From contig CAZPUN010000007.1 in NCBI GenBank assembly GCA_964589775.1, positions 30,001 to 62,000 of the forward strand: 32,000 nucleotides of DNA. The letters are read 5' to 3'. The notes below the pieces were generated by a model. That model saw only the letters and a list, made by a program, of their open reading frames with translations, had not been told where the DNA came from and ran no database searches. Below are positions 1-8,646 of the stretch, in pieces. The translations under genes and the position numbers were made by a program. Position 1 is the first letter of the stretch. Each line of letters starts with the position of its first letter. This stretch comes from an uncultured archaeon. GTDB lineage: Archaea; Asgardarchaeota; Thorarchaeia; Thorarchaeales; CAZPUN01.

Positions 1-450
1 ATATGGAACAATATAAATGAGTTCACCATTATCATTTAATAATTCAAGAGATTTCAAAATAAAGGCGTAGTAAATATCGCTTTTGCTTGTTTTGGTGATA
101 TATCGTACTTCATTTTGAATATCTTGTGGAAGATTGCGAAAATGCGCATATGGGGGATTTCCAATTATGAGATCAAATTTACAATCGGGAGTATAACTTA
201 GAAAGTCAGTATTAATGATTTCCACGCTTGAAAATGCCTTTTTGCATTCATCAGACAAGGTTTTATCAAGTTCAATTCCGACGCATGATGTAAAGCCACG
301 ATTCAGTAGTTCTTTGATAAAAACTCCACGACCACAGCCAGAATCTAGTATTTTAGCATCAGGTTGTTCTAATGTTGTAAGGCGAACCATAAGTTCTGCA
401 ATTGGAGGAGGAGTTGTAACGAAGGATAATCGCTCAGACATTTTCATCAT
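1..450 (-). CDS. N6-adenine DNA methyltransferase, gamma class (TaqI/Eco57I-like), 5' part only; runs off the left edge
   Basis: Not in the ORF track. Manual translation from ATG 450 gives MMKMSERLSFVTTPPPIAELMV...KILDSGCGRGVF (motif I)...GIELD...DFL...FDLIIGNPPY (motif IV)...DIYYAFILKSLELLNDNGELIYIVPY, open to base 1. Confidence 0.9.
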   Translation of the reverse strand, partial: MMKMSERLSFVTTPPPIAELMVRLTTLEQPDAKILDSGCGRGVFIKELLNRGFTSCVGIELDKTLSDECKKAFSSVEIINTDFLSYTPDCKFDLIIGNPPYAHFRNLPQDIQNEVRYITKTSKSDIYYAFILKSLELLNDNGELIYIVPY

Positions 451-734
451 AATTCTTCTTTTATCATTAGTTGTCGCTAATAAAGCACTGCCCTTTAGGA
501 GGTGATGGATTCCGGAGAGTGGGGTGGAAATTATGTATTAGATATACGGCATTATTATGGTGAAGCCAAATATGAATATTTTGCATAAAGTATTTCCGAA
601 CTATGAAAGGGGATTGATAACAGACCTGATAAGCCTTAAGAGAAATATATTCTCTGTTCCCCTAAAACCTTCTAAGGCGCAGAGTATTATCATAAATAAA
701 AGTAAATACAATATGAAAAAGCTTTCGATTAACA

Positions 735-780
735 GAAATAAAAAAGATCAAAAAACAATAAAAAGTGATAAAAAAATAAG
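735..780 (-). terminator. Oligo-T terminator tract downstream of the nrdD pair
   Basis: Several A-runs on + (T-runs on -) immediately after the stop at 787. Confidence 0.45.
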
Positions 781-786
781 GGAAGC

Positions 787-987
787 TTAGTTCTCCTCAA
801 TTTCAGACTGTTCGAAAGTCTTTCGCTGATAAAATTCTTGTTGCTTCCCCTTATTCCATTGATCCACTGGTCTTAGGTATCCTACTACTCTGGAATACAC
901 TTCACAGCGAGTTCTATGGATTTCTTTCTTGCGTGGTTCGGGAGGAACAATTTCCTCTGCCACTTTTCCTATTTTGATTGTAGACAT
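787..987 (-). CDS. nrdD: Stand-alone glycyl-radical domain of class III ribonucleotide reductase (small NrdD subunit)
   Basis: CEVYSRVVGYLRPVDQWNKGKQQEF is the NrdD C-terminal glycyl-radical motif. It has its own SD (GGTGA at 1000-996) and an in-frame TAA just upstream of its ATG. Confidence 0.9.
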   Translation of the reverse strand: MSTIKIGKVAEEIVPPEPRKKEIHRTRCEVYSRVVGYLRPVDQWNKGKQQEFYQRKTFEQSEIEEN

Positions 988-1000
988 TTTTTATTTCACC

Positions 1001-3073
1001 TCATAATTTCAAGTTTAGAGTAATTGCGGATGTTGATTCAGATGATGATTGTTGCTGTGCTGCTCTAAGTTCGGCTTCCTCATCACAAATTGGACAGAAT
1101 TCGTGCTCGCCGGGAATATATCCGTGAATTGGACAGATGCTGAATGTTGGAGTAATAGTAAAGTAGGGTAATCGGAAGTTCTCAGCCACCTTTCGGACTA
1201 GTTTTCGTGTTGCCCTCCAACTATAGATACGCTCTCCAAGGAAGATATGAGCTACAGTTCCTCCAGTATATTTAACTTGGAATTCGTCCTGAAGCTCAAG
1301 CATTTCAAAGAGATCTGCAGTATAATCAACTGGCAATTGAGTTGAGTTGGTATAATACGGAGCCGCTCCACGAGTTCGGAATGCCTCCTCATTTGCAACG
1401 ATTATATCAGGATATTGACGCTTGTCGATTCTAGCCAGCCTGTATGAGACACCCTCCGCAGGAGTTGCCTCCAGATTGAAGATATCTCCAGTCTCCTCCT
1501 GATATTCGCCAAGGCGATCCCTCATAAAGTCCATTACCCTCAATGCGAACTTGCGACCCTCAGGTTCGACTATAGTTACACCAAATAGATTTAACATTGC
1601 CTCGTTCATTCCGACAAGACCAATGGTTGAGAAGTGATTCTTCCAATACTGACCATAAGTCGATTTAATAGTCTGCAGATAGAATCGTGAATATGGATAA
1701 AGGCCCTGTTCAGTAAATCGCTCGACAACCTTTCTTTTAATAACAAGGCTTTCTTTTGCCAAGTCCATTAGGTCCGCAACATGCTCAAGAAATTCGTCTT
1801 CATCTTTAGATATGAATCCGATTCTGGGCATGTTTAAAGTAACGACACCAATTGAGCCAGTAAGTGGGTTGGCTCCAAACAATCCACCACCACGCTTTCT
1901 AAGCTCACGGTTGTCTAGCCTAAGCCTGCAACACATTGAGCGTGCATCTTCGGGTTTCATATCACTGTTTATGAAATTACTCCAGTAGGGGATACCGTAC
2001 TTTGCAGTCATTTCGAAAATTGGTCTGAGGCTATCGTCGTCCCAATCAAAGTCTTTGGTTATGTTATATGTGGGAATTGGGAAGGTCATAACCCGACCCT
2101 TTGCATCACCTTCGGACATAACCTCAGCGAACGCCGTGTTGATCATTCGCATTTCTTCTTCAAATTCCGCATAAGTCTTGTCCATGAGTTTTCCGCCAAT
2201 TATTACAGGACGGTCTTTGAGATAATTCGGGACTGTCAGGTCCAAGGTAAGATTCGTAAATGGAGTCTGGAATCCAGTTCGAGTGGGAATATTTAGATTG
2301 AATATGAATTCTTGCATGGCTTGTTTGACCTGTCTATAATCCAAGCCATCATAGTAGATGAATGGAGCGAGAAGTGTATCAAAGTTCGAAAATGCTTGAG
2401 CACCCGCAGCTTCGCCCTGCAAAGTGTAGAAGAAATTAAATATGTGCCCCATAGCCACTCTCAAATGCTTTGCAGGTTTGGAGGATATCTTTCCAGGAAC
2501 TCCCGTAAATCCTCTTAGCAGCAAGTCTTCAAGATCCCAGCCGACACAATAGGCACCCAAAACACCCAAATCGTGGATGTGCAGATCTCCGGAAGCATGA
2601 GCCTTTGCAATATGTGATGGATAAATCTTTCTGAGCCAATAGTTAGACACTACGGTTGATGAAAGATGATTATTTAAGCCCTGTAATGAAAAACTCATGT
2701 TTGAATTCTCTTTGACTCGCCAGTCTGTCTTATTAATATAACTATCAATAATTTCGACTGAGCTTAGAAGGGTGCGAAAGTCTCGTGTGTCCGCTCTTTG
2801 TTTGCGATACAAAATGTATGCCTTTGCAACATTTGAATGTCCTAACTCCATGAGCACGCGTTCAACTACGTCTTGAATCTGTTCTACGTGAGGAGTCTCA
2901 CCCGCATAGATTTCTTCTAATACTTCAACTACACGTTCTACAACTTCACGTGTGGCTTCAACATCCTTACGTCCGACTTCCTTAAATGCTCTATATACAG
3001 CATATTCGATCTTCTTTTCGTCGAACGGAACAACAGACCCATCACGCTTCTTTACATATTCTATTTTTCTCAA
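1001..3073 (-). CDS. nrdD: Anaerobic (class III) ribonucleoside-triphosphate reductase, large subunit with N-terminal ATP cone, lacking the glycyl-radical loop
   Basis: ATP cone (VKKRDGSVVPFD...VEQIQDVVE...AKAYILYR), HIHDL, GAQAFSNFD, SMCCR finger loop, EATPAEG, YTNS, Zn ribbon CPIHG...CPIC. Start is probably TTG 3073, preceded by GGTGA; the ORF track uses GTG 3082. Confidence 0.95.
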   Translation of the reverse strand: MRKIEYVKKRDGSVVPFDEKKIEYAVYRAFKEVGRKDVEATREVVERVVEVLEEIYAGETPHVEQIQDVVERVLMELGHSNVAKAYILYRKQRADTRDFRTLLSSVEIIDSYINKTDWRVKENSNMSFSLQGLNNHLSSTVVSNYWLRKIYPSHIAKAHASGDLHIHDLGVLGAYCVGWDLEDLLLRGFTGVPGKISSKPAKHLRVAMGHIFNFFYTLQGEAAGAQAFSNFDTLLAPFIYYDGLDYRQVKQAMQEFIFNLNIPTRTGFQTPFTNLTLDLTVPNYLKDRPVIIGGKLMDKTYAEFEEEMRMINTAFAEVMSEGDAKGRVMTFPIPTYNITKDFDWDDDSLRPIFEMTAKYGIPYWSNFINSDMKPEDARSMCCRLRLDNRELRKRGGGLFGANPLTGSIGVVTLNMPRIGFISKDEDEFLEHVADLMDLAKESLVIKRKVVERFTEQGLYPYSRFYLQTIKSTYGQYWKNHFSTIGLVGMNEAMLNLFGVTIVEPEGRKFALRVMDFMRDRLGEYQEETGDIFNLEATPAEGVSYRLARIDKRQYPDIIVANEEAFRTRGAAPYYTNSTQLPVDYTADLFEMLELQDEFQVKYTGGTVAHIFLGERIYSWRATRKLVRKVAENFRLPYFTITPTFSICPIHGYIPGEHEFCPICDEEAELRAAQQQSSSESTSAITLNLKL

Positions 3074-3256
3074 TTTTATCACCGTGTGCAGGCCATCTCA
3101 GTTTCTAACGGGAACGCAGCCTCATCATTAATTCATACCAATAGTTTCCTTTTTTATCCCACTACTGAAGGTATACTTAAATTCGACATCTGCAATTATA
3201 AGTATAATTCTGTGCCAACTAGAAGCCGTATCTCTGCAATCTAGTAAATTTTGGTT

Positions 3257-3457
3257 TTATGTAATACATGTATAATTTCCGAGCAGCTCAGACTGTGAGT
3301 TTGTCTTCATCTTAATATGATTTTGAAATACAATTCTTAGCGGAATTGTTAACAAATTGTTCTCAAAGTATCAAACATGATAATTTGATGATAGATATCG
3401 AAATTCGTATAATTTTTCGAGCTGATGAGGAATCTATGAACGATTATGTAATACATG
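3257..3457. repeat. Two identical 14-bp copies of TTATGTAATACATG (3257-3270, 3444-3457), each containing the palindrome ATGTA-A-TACAT
   Basis: Read directly from the sequence in the nrdD upstream region. Confidence 0.7.
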
Positions 3458-3519
3458 ACTGGATCCATTGGACTTGTAATATGATGATGAGGTGTATCTA
3501 CAACCATATATCGTGTACA

Positions 3520-3642
3520 GTAAACGTTTACTCATTAATAGAACACGTACAAATAAAGAAGCGTATATTATTCGTTAATATATCAATGTCTAACACATAT
3601 ATCACTTGTTTCTATACAGTTATTAATACAAACGTTTACTCA
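3520..3642. repeat. Two copies of AAACGTTTACTCA (3522-3534, 3630-3642); the first overlaps the palindrome GTAAACGTTTAC (3520-3531)
   Basis: Read directly from the sequence. Confidence 0.65.
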
Positions 3643-3707
3643 AAAATGATATAGTGTATTAAAGTACATTCTAAAATCTTGAATGATTGTTTTCGATCAT
3701 CTCTCTC

Positions 3708-3731
3708 TAAAAATCAGGCGCCAGCGCGCCT
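3708..3731 (-). terminator. GC-rich hairpin plus T-tract downstream of larC
   Basis: AGGCGC-cagc-GCGCCT (3716-3731), followed on the minus strand by GATTTTT, about 55 bp after the larC stop. Confidence 0.45.
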
Positions 3732-3784
3732 CAAAATACAATTTTGACCACATTATGAAAAAAATTAAGGACTCAGGACACTAA

Positions 3785-4576
3785 TTACTCAACCAACTCT
3801 GAAATAGAAACCCTCAATGCATTTGGTCTATCTTCAAGATCATGAGTCCCGAGACCATGTCCAACTTTTAATGTTTTCATAACTGGTGTTTGCAATAGAA
3901 CTTTCGGACGTAGATTTGCCAATATTGCGGCACCCGTTGGAGTAGTTAGTTCTTCATTGATTTCTGATTTAAAATATGGTATTCCATACTTAGTAAAAAT
4001 GTGCAACACGGCAGGTACAGGAACTGGATACACACCATGCATAATACTAACAGTTCCACCACCAACATTGACAGGTGTTGAATATGCCTCCATTTCGTCA
4101 AAGAATCCGATGCGCTCTAGGAGATATGTAGCTGCCACGATATCGAAAATTGTATCAACAGAGCCGACTTCGTGAAAATGAAGGTCTTCCAACTTATGAT
4201 GAACAGTTGCCTCTGCCTCTTCGAGTTCCGCTAATGTATTCCAGACAAAATCTTCTTCTTTAATGCCTATATTTGAGATGACAGTCTCAAAACATTTCTT
4301 AATATCTTCAACCATACGATTTTTCTTTTCTTCTACAAGATCAATATCTAAATATGTACCCCAGATTCCTTTCTTACGTAGTTTCTTCAATTTTACACTC
4401 ATTGAGCTTCCATCTACACATTCGGAGGCAACTTTTGCAATCTGCTGAAGAACTTTCATATCTGCATCCACATCTGGAGATAATTCAAGTAATGCTGAAA
4501 CCAACATATCTCCTGAAATTCCAGCTACATTTGGTTCTATTGATAATATTTTCTTGGACAAGCCAATCACACTCAT
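3785..4576 (-). CDS. larC: LarC family nickel-insertion protein, N-terminal (LarC1) domain only
   Basis: AGISGDML, AEATVHH...HFHEVGSVDTIFDI, HGVYPVPVPA, ELTTPTGAAIL, GHGLG...PNALR. It ends where LarC2 (ETNIDD-type motif) normally starts. Confidence 0.85.
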   Translation of the reverse strand: MSVIGLSKKILSIEPNVAGISGDMLVSALLELSPDVDADMKVLQQIAKVASECVDGSSMSVKLKKLRKKGIWGTYLDIDLVEEKKNRMVEDIKKCFETVISNIGIKEEDFVWNTLAELEEAEATVHHKLEDLHFHEVGSVDTIFDIVAATYLLERIGFFDEMEAYSTPVNVGGGTVSIMHGVYPVPVPAVLHIFTKYGIPYFKSEINEELTTPTGAAILANLRPKVLLQTPVMKTLKVGHGLGTHDLEDRPNALRVSISELVE

Positions 4577-4744
4577 CCATCGCTTTTAAATTAATAAAAT
4601 AAGAATGTTTCTTTTATTTTTTGTGCTATATTTAAAAATATTAAATATACAATATTCCTTATTTTTAAAAACGACTATTGACAAAATATGCATAAAACAA
4701 GAAAAAAATGTTTGAAAAAATATCGAAAAGATAAAATGGAGAAT

Positions 4745-5275
4745 TTACTCCTTTTTATGAAATAGAAATTCACAATGTGGGTCGCCCTTTGCAACACATT
4801 TTGTTTCTACTGCTTCAACTTCATATGTGATTCCTTCGAATTTTAAGAACTCTTCAATAACTGCGGCAATTCCAGTAAAGTAAAAGCATTTTCCTTCATC
4901 TGCAGATTCATAGCGTCCCTTGATATATGAATTCTCATATCTGATGATGATCTTTAATGGGTCTAAACTCAATTCCTGTAAGGAAAATTCGCCCCATCCG
5001 CGTAAAGTTGCGAATGATAAATAGGCTCTTATTTTTTCTTCAAGTGGGAGCCCTCCGAACATTTTGTTTAACTTCTTCGCAACATCGAAGCCGCCAAGAT
5101 ACGAAGCATTTCGAATTACAACATAAGCACCACTGGGACCAAGAATGTTTTCAATTTCTTTTTGAAGATTCCCGAGCCATGATGCAGAAACCATTATCAT
5201 TCTTGTACCTTTATATGATACAACGCCTTTTTCAAAATCCAAGGCATTTACGAATTCTTTGAATTTTTCATTCAT
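4745..5275 (-). CDS. Stand-alone V4R (4-vinyl reductase / XylR-N-like) domain protein
   Basis: GWG motif, GKC, and C-terminal VETKCVAKGDPHCEF, the V4R metal-ligand signature. Confidence 0.85.
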   Translation of the reverse strand: MNEKFKEFVNALDFEKGVVSYKGTRMIMVSASWLGNLQKEIENILGPSGAYVVIRNASYLGGFDVAKKLNKMFGGLPLEEKIRAYLSFATLRGWGEFSLQELSLDPLKIIIRYENSYIKGRYESADEGKCFYFTGIAAVIEEFLKFEGITYEVEAVETKCVAKGDPHCEFLFHKKE

Positions 5276-5410
5276 TTTTAATAATCTCCAAAAAAGTTAA
5301 TATATGAATTTTCATTTTTATAATATCACTTATAAATTATTTGTTTTTTTCATAAAATATACATTACTTGTATCTAAATATATATAATATCGATTTGATA
5401 AATAGCTATT

Positions 5411-7081
5411 ATGAATCCTATAAAACTCAAAAGACGTATGATTTTACTTTTAATTTTATTTATGTTTTCAATGGGTCTTATTCAACCCATGTTTAAGCCA
5501 AATAATAATTTCAAAATTGATATAATAAAACAACTATCAAATGCTCAAGCGACAAATGTTTCGCTTATCTATCCAAACAAGTATCATAATTATTCGGAAC
5601 TCACTCAAGAACTAATGCTTTTAAATAGCACAAACCCAGACTTAGTAGATTTATTCAGCATCGGGAAATCATGGGAAAATAGAAACATTTGGGTTCTCAA
5701 AATAACAGACGAATCCGTTAAGACTAAAAAAGCAGATATTATGTATGTTGCCTATCATCATTCTCGTGAAATGATTTCAGATGAAGTCTTACTTCGGTTT
5801 TGCATATGGCTGATTAATAATTACAATACAAACACCAGTGTTCAAGAACTACTCAAGCACAAAGCTATTTATGCTATTGTCGCATTGAACCCAGATGCGT
5901 TAGATTATGTTGAAGGGCTTCCGTGGATTAGAAAGAACATTAGACCAATAGACGATGATCATGATGGTGTTGCGGATGAGGATTCTCCAGAAGACGTCAA
6001 TGGAGATGGATATGTTTCACGATATGCAGAATATGACCAATCCACCGGACAATATAGGATTTGGTATGAAGGAATCGATAATGATGGCGATGGTAAAGTC
6101 AATGAGGATTGGATTGGTGGTGTAGATCTAAACCGTAATTACGATTATCATTTTATGGACCCGAGTTGTGATACTGGAAACACACTTGATACTACTTCAT
6201 TTACATATCCAGGTCCATATGCATTCAGTGAGCCCGAAACACAAGCATTACGAGATTTAGCATTAAATCATAATTTCACAAATGCTATTTCGTATCATTC
6301 AGGAACTAATGCAACATTGTTTCCATGGGGATGGACAAATGCTCCCCCTCCAGATTGGCAGTTATTTGATAAATTGCAAACAGACATGATGAGATTCCTT
6401 CCTGAAAGTTACATAGGAAAGGGAGCAGTAGATTACACGAGTGCCGGAACATGGGACGATTGGATGTATGGCGTTCGACATTCAATACCTATGACAGTTG
6501 AGGTTTATGGAAATCCAAATATCGGAATGGTGAAACAGGAACACTTGGTATCAACAGTATATGAGTTCAAATTTATCAAAGAATATTTCAATCCACCAGA
6601 ATCTCGTATCGATGATGTGAGCGATACAATCCATCCGTTGAATTATTACTGGCTGAAAATCGCTCCGGGATTAGAGTTAACTGTATCTCCTAAATCCATC
6701 AATACTTTTGAAGGAAATACATTCGGCATTTCATTAAGCCTAAAGAACATTGGCACACGTCTTAATACAACAGACGCACCCCAATATAACTTAGAAATAC
6801 CAAAAGAACTTAGCATCCTAAGTGGTAGTGTATATACAAAGATCATGAATCCACTTGAAAGTGTCAATAATACAATTCAGTTCAGAGCACTGAAACCCGG
6901 TACGTTTTATATAAATATAACTGTCAGTTCTAATTGGGCCGGCGGAGATTCAGTCACAATAAAAGTTGTCAGTGAAGTATTCGTCCAAGATTATTCATTG
7001 CTTATTGGTATTTCCATGATTGGTGCGGCATCTGCAATTTTGATCTTAGGTTATTTTGGATTGAAGAAAAATAATGCATAA
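5411..7081 (+). CDS. Exported, membrane-anchored M14 zinc carboxypeptidase with Asp-rich Ca-binding-like insertion and Ig-like domain
   Basis: Signal peptide (KRR + hydrophobic stretch), HSRE zinc motif, NPD, RKN, GVDLNRN, FSEPETQA, SYHS, TVE catalytic Glu. DxDxDG loops, a beta-rich C-domain, and a C-terminal TM helix followed by KK. Confidence 0.9.
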   Translation: MNPIKLKRRMILLLILFMFSMGLIQPMFKPNNNFKIDIIKQLSNAQATNVSLIYPNKYHNYSELTQELMLLNSTNPDLVDLFSIGKSWENRNIWVLKITDESVKTKKADIMYVAYHHSREMISDEVLLRFCIWLINNYNTNTSVQELLKHKAIYAIVALNPDALDYVEGLPWIRKNIRPIDDDHDGVADEDSPEDVNGDGYVSRYAEYDQSTGQYRIWYEGIDNDGDGKVNEDWIGGVDLNRNYDYHFMDPSCDTGNTLDTTSFTYPGPYAFSEPETQALRDLALNHNFTNAISYHSGTNATLFPWGWTNAPPPDWQLFDKLQTDMMRFLPESYIGKGAVDYTSAGTWDDWMYGVRHSIPMTVEVYGNPNIGMVKQEHLVSTVYEFKFIKEYFNPPESRIDDVSDTIHPLNYYWLKIAPGLELTVSPKSINTFEGNTFGISLSLKNIGTRLNTTDAPQYNLEIPKELSILSGSVYTKIMNPLESVNNTIQFRALKPGTFYINITVSSNWAGGDSVTIKVVSEVFVQDYSLLIGISMIGAASAILILGYFGLKKNNA

Positions 7082-7176
7082 TCTATTTCCCTTTCTTTTT
7101 TGTTTTAAAATGCTCTTATTTACTTATCAAAAAGTATATAAGAAAAAATTAACAATTGATAAAAGAGGACCTGAAA

Positions 7177-7446
7177 ATGCTAGTTAAATACTTTGCAAAT
7201 TTTAGAGACATTACGCACAAGAAACGAGAAGAGCTCAAAGCATCCAATGCAGCAGAATTATTGGATATTCTCATTGAAAAGTACGGCGACGAATTTAAGA
7301 ACTTTGTATTTAACGAGCAAGGCGAATTAAAACCGGGAGTTATTTTTCTCGTAAATGGGAAGAACATATTGCATTTGAAAGGTCTACAGACCGAGCTCAA
7401 GGATGATGATGAGATCTCTCTATTTCCTCCTGCAGCTGGCGGTTGA
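7177..7446 (+). CDS. Ubiquitin-like sulfur carrier / small archaeal modifier protein (MoaD/SAMP1 family)
   Basis: VKYFANFRD...FLVNGKNI...LKDDDEISLFPPAAGG with C-terminal GG. ATG 7177 follows a GAGGA SD; the ORF track starts at 7156. Confidence 0.92.
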   Translation: MLVKYFANFRDITHKKREELKASNAAELLDILIEKYGDEFKNFVFNEQGELKPGVIFLVNGKNILHLKGLQTELKDDDEISLFPPAAGG

Positions 7447-7459
7447 ATGGAGATGAAAA

Positions 7460-8620
7460 TTGTTGGATTATCACGAGTTAAAATATAATGATGCAATAGT
7501 CTTGCTGGAACGCAAGCCAGATATTGAAAACGTGTATGTAGAATTGACAAACTCATGCAATTTCAATTGTGAGATGTGTTTTAGACAGAGCTGGCAGGAC
7601 AAACTTGGAATGATGTCTTATGAGGATTACATGAAACTCCTAGAACAGTTCGCAGATTTTCCAAACTTGAAGAAAGTCATTTTCGAAGGTATTGGCGAAC
7701 CTCTATTGCATCCAAGATTCTTAGACATAGTAAAGGCGACACGAAAAGCCGGATATGACGTTATTGTAGGAACTAATGGCTATCTAATGAATGAGAAGAT
7801 AATTAAAGGACTGATCGAGAACTTAGTCGAGTGGGTAATAGTCTCTATTGATGCGGTAGATCTTGATGCTTTTGAAAATATACGAAACGCAGACTTAAGC
7901 ACGATTATTCAGAATATTCAAAAATTGAATGAAATGAAAAAGAAATATTCATCGCTATTTCCGAAACTTGGAGCCGAATTTGTAATCATGAAGAGCAATT
8001 ACAAGGAATTGCCAAAACTACCAGCATTTCTTGAAAAACTCAATGTCATCTGGATTATGTTATCTAATGTAATACCGACTAGAGAGATTTTTATTAATGA
8101 GGCTGTGTATCACAATATGCCCGAAGATTTTAATGAATACTTTGAAAAATTCAAGACAGAAGCAGCTTTGAGAAGATTTCCGTATCAATTACCAAAATTC
8201 GAATTGAACACAGAACGCAAGTGTGACTTTATCGAAACAAAATCCACAGTTATCAGATGGGATGGCGAAGTTGCACCATGCTACAGATTTCTACACACAT
8301 ACAAGGAATACATATTCGGTCGTGAAAAACAGGTATATGCTTACAGTTTTGGAAACGTAAAAGAAGAAAGCCTTATCGATATTTGGACCGGACGCGATTA
8401 CACAGAATTTCGCTGGAAGGTTAAAAATGCAATTTATCCATCATGTACTGATTGTCCATTACGCGACGTTTGCGAATTAACAAAGGATACGATCGTCGAT
8501 TGTTGGGGCATGGAGCCCTCATGTGCAGACTGCCTATGGTCTAGACGAATAGCGATGTGTCCAAATTCGGATATATTGGATCCTCAGGCATTGTATCTAT
8601 TTCAGATGACTAATAAATGA
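7460..8620 (+). CDS. Radical SAM/SPASM protein resembling the tungsten-cofactor oxidoreductase radical SAM maturase family
   Basis: CNFNCEMC, GIGEPLLHP, SPASM region CDF...WDGEVAPC...YPSCTDCP...C...DCWG..PSCADCLW...CP, directly after a MoaD-like gene. Confidence 0.8.
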   Translation: MLDYHELKYNDAIVLLERKPDIENVYVELTNSCNFNCEMCFRQSWQDKLGMMSYEDYMKLLEQFADFPNLKKVIFEGIGEPLLHPRFLDIVKATRKAGYDVIVGTNGYLMNEKIIKGLIENLVEWVIVSIDAVDLDAFENIRNADLSTIIQNIQKLNEMKKKYSSLFPKLGAEFVIMKSNYKELPKLPAFLEKLNVIWIMLSNVIPTREIFINEAVYHNMPEDFNEYFEKFKTEAALRRFPYQLPKFELNTERKCDFIETKSTVIRWDGEVAPCYRFLHTYKEYIFGREKQVYAYSFGNVKEESLIDIWTGRDYTEFRWKVKNAIYPSCTDCPLRDVCELTKDTIVDCWGMEPSCADCLWSRRIAMCPNSDILDPQALYLFQMTNK

Positions 8621-8646
8621 GTTTTCTCTTTATTTTTTTGATAACA

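Noticed and set aside
590-621. Sequence resembling a CRISPR repeat end (GAAAGGGGATTGATAAC)
   Set aside because: Single copy, no array.
215-790. ORFs 215-505 and 557-790 (+), and a 27-aa ORF after GGAGGTG near 504
   Set aside because: 215-505 is antisense to the MTase; 557-790 runs through the A-rich terminator tract; the SD-start spacing of the 27-aa ORF is wrong.
988-1003. Stop-codon readthrough or frameshift joining the two nrdD ORFs
   Set aside because: The ORFs are in different frames, the small ORF has an in-frame TAA just upstream of its ATG, and it has its own SD.
3098-3128. C/D-box sRNA or K-turn in the nrdD leader (minus strand ATGATGA...20 nt...CTGA)
   Set aside because: No second C'/D' pair, no flanking stem, and no convincing rRNA complement recognised.
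3346-3654. 102-aa ORF in the nrdD upstream region
   Set aside because: No recognisable motif or SD, and the composition looks like translated AT-rich non-coding DNA.
3083-3784. Cobalamin riboswitch or replication origin upstream of nrdD
   Set aside because: No B12-box core; only one TCCATTGGA mini-ORB-like word and no cdc6/orc gene in the window.
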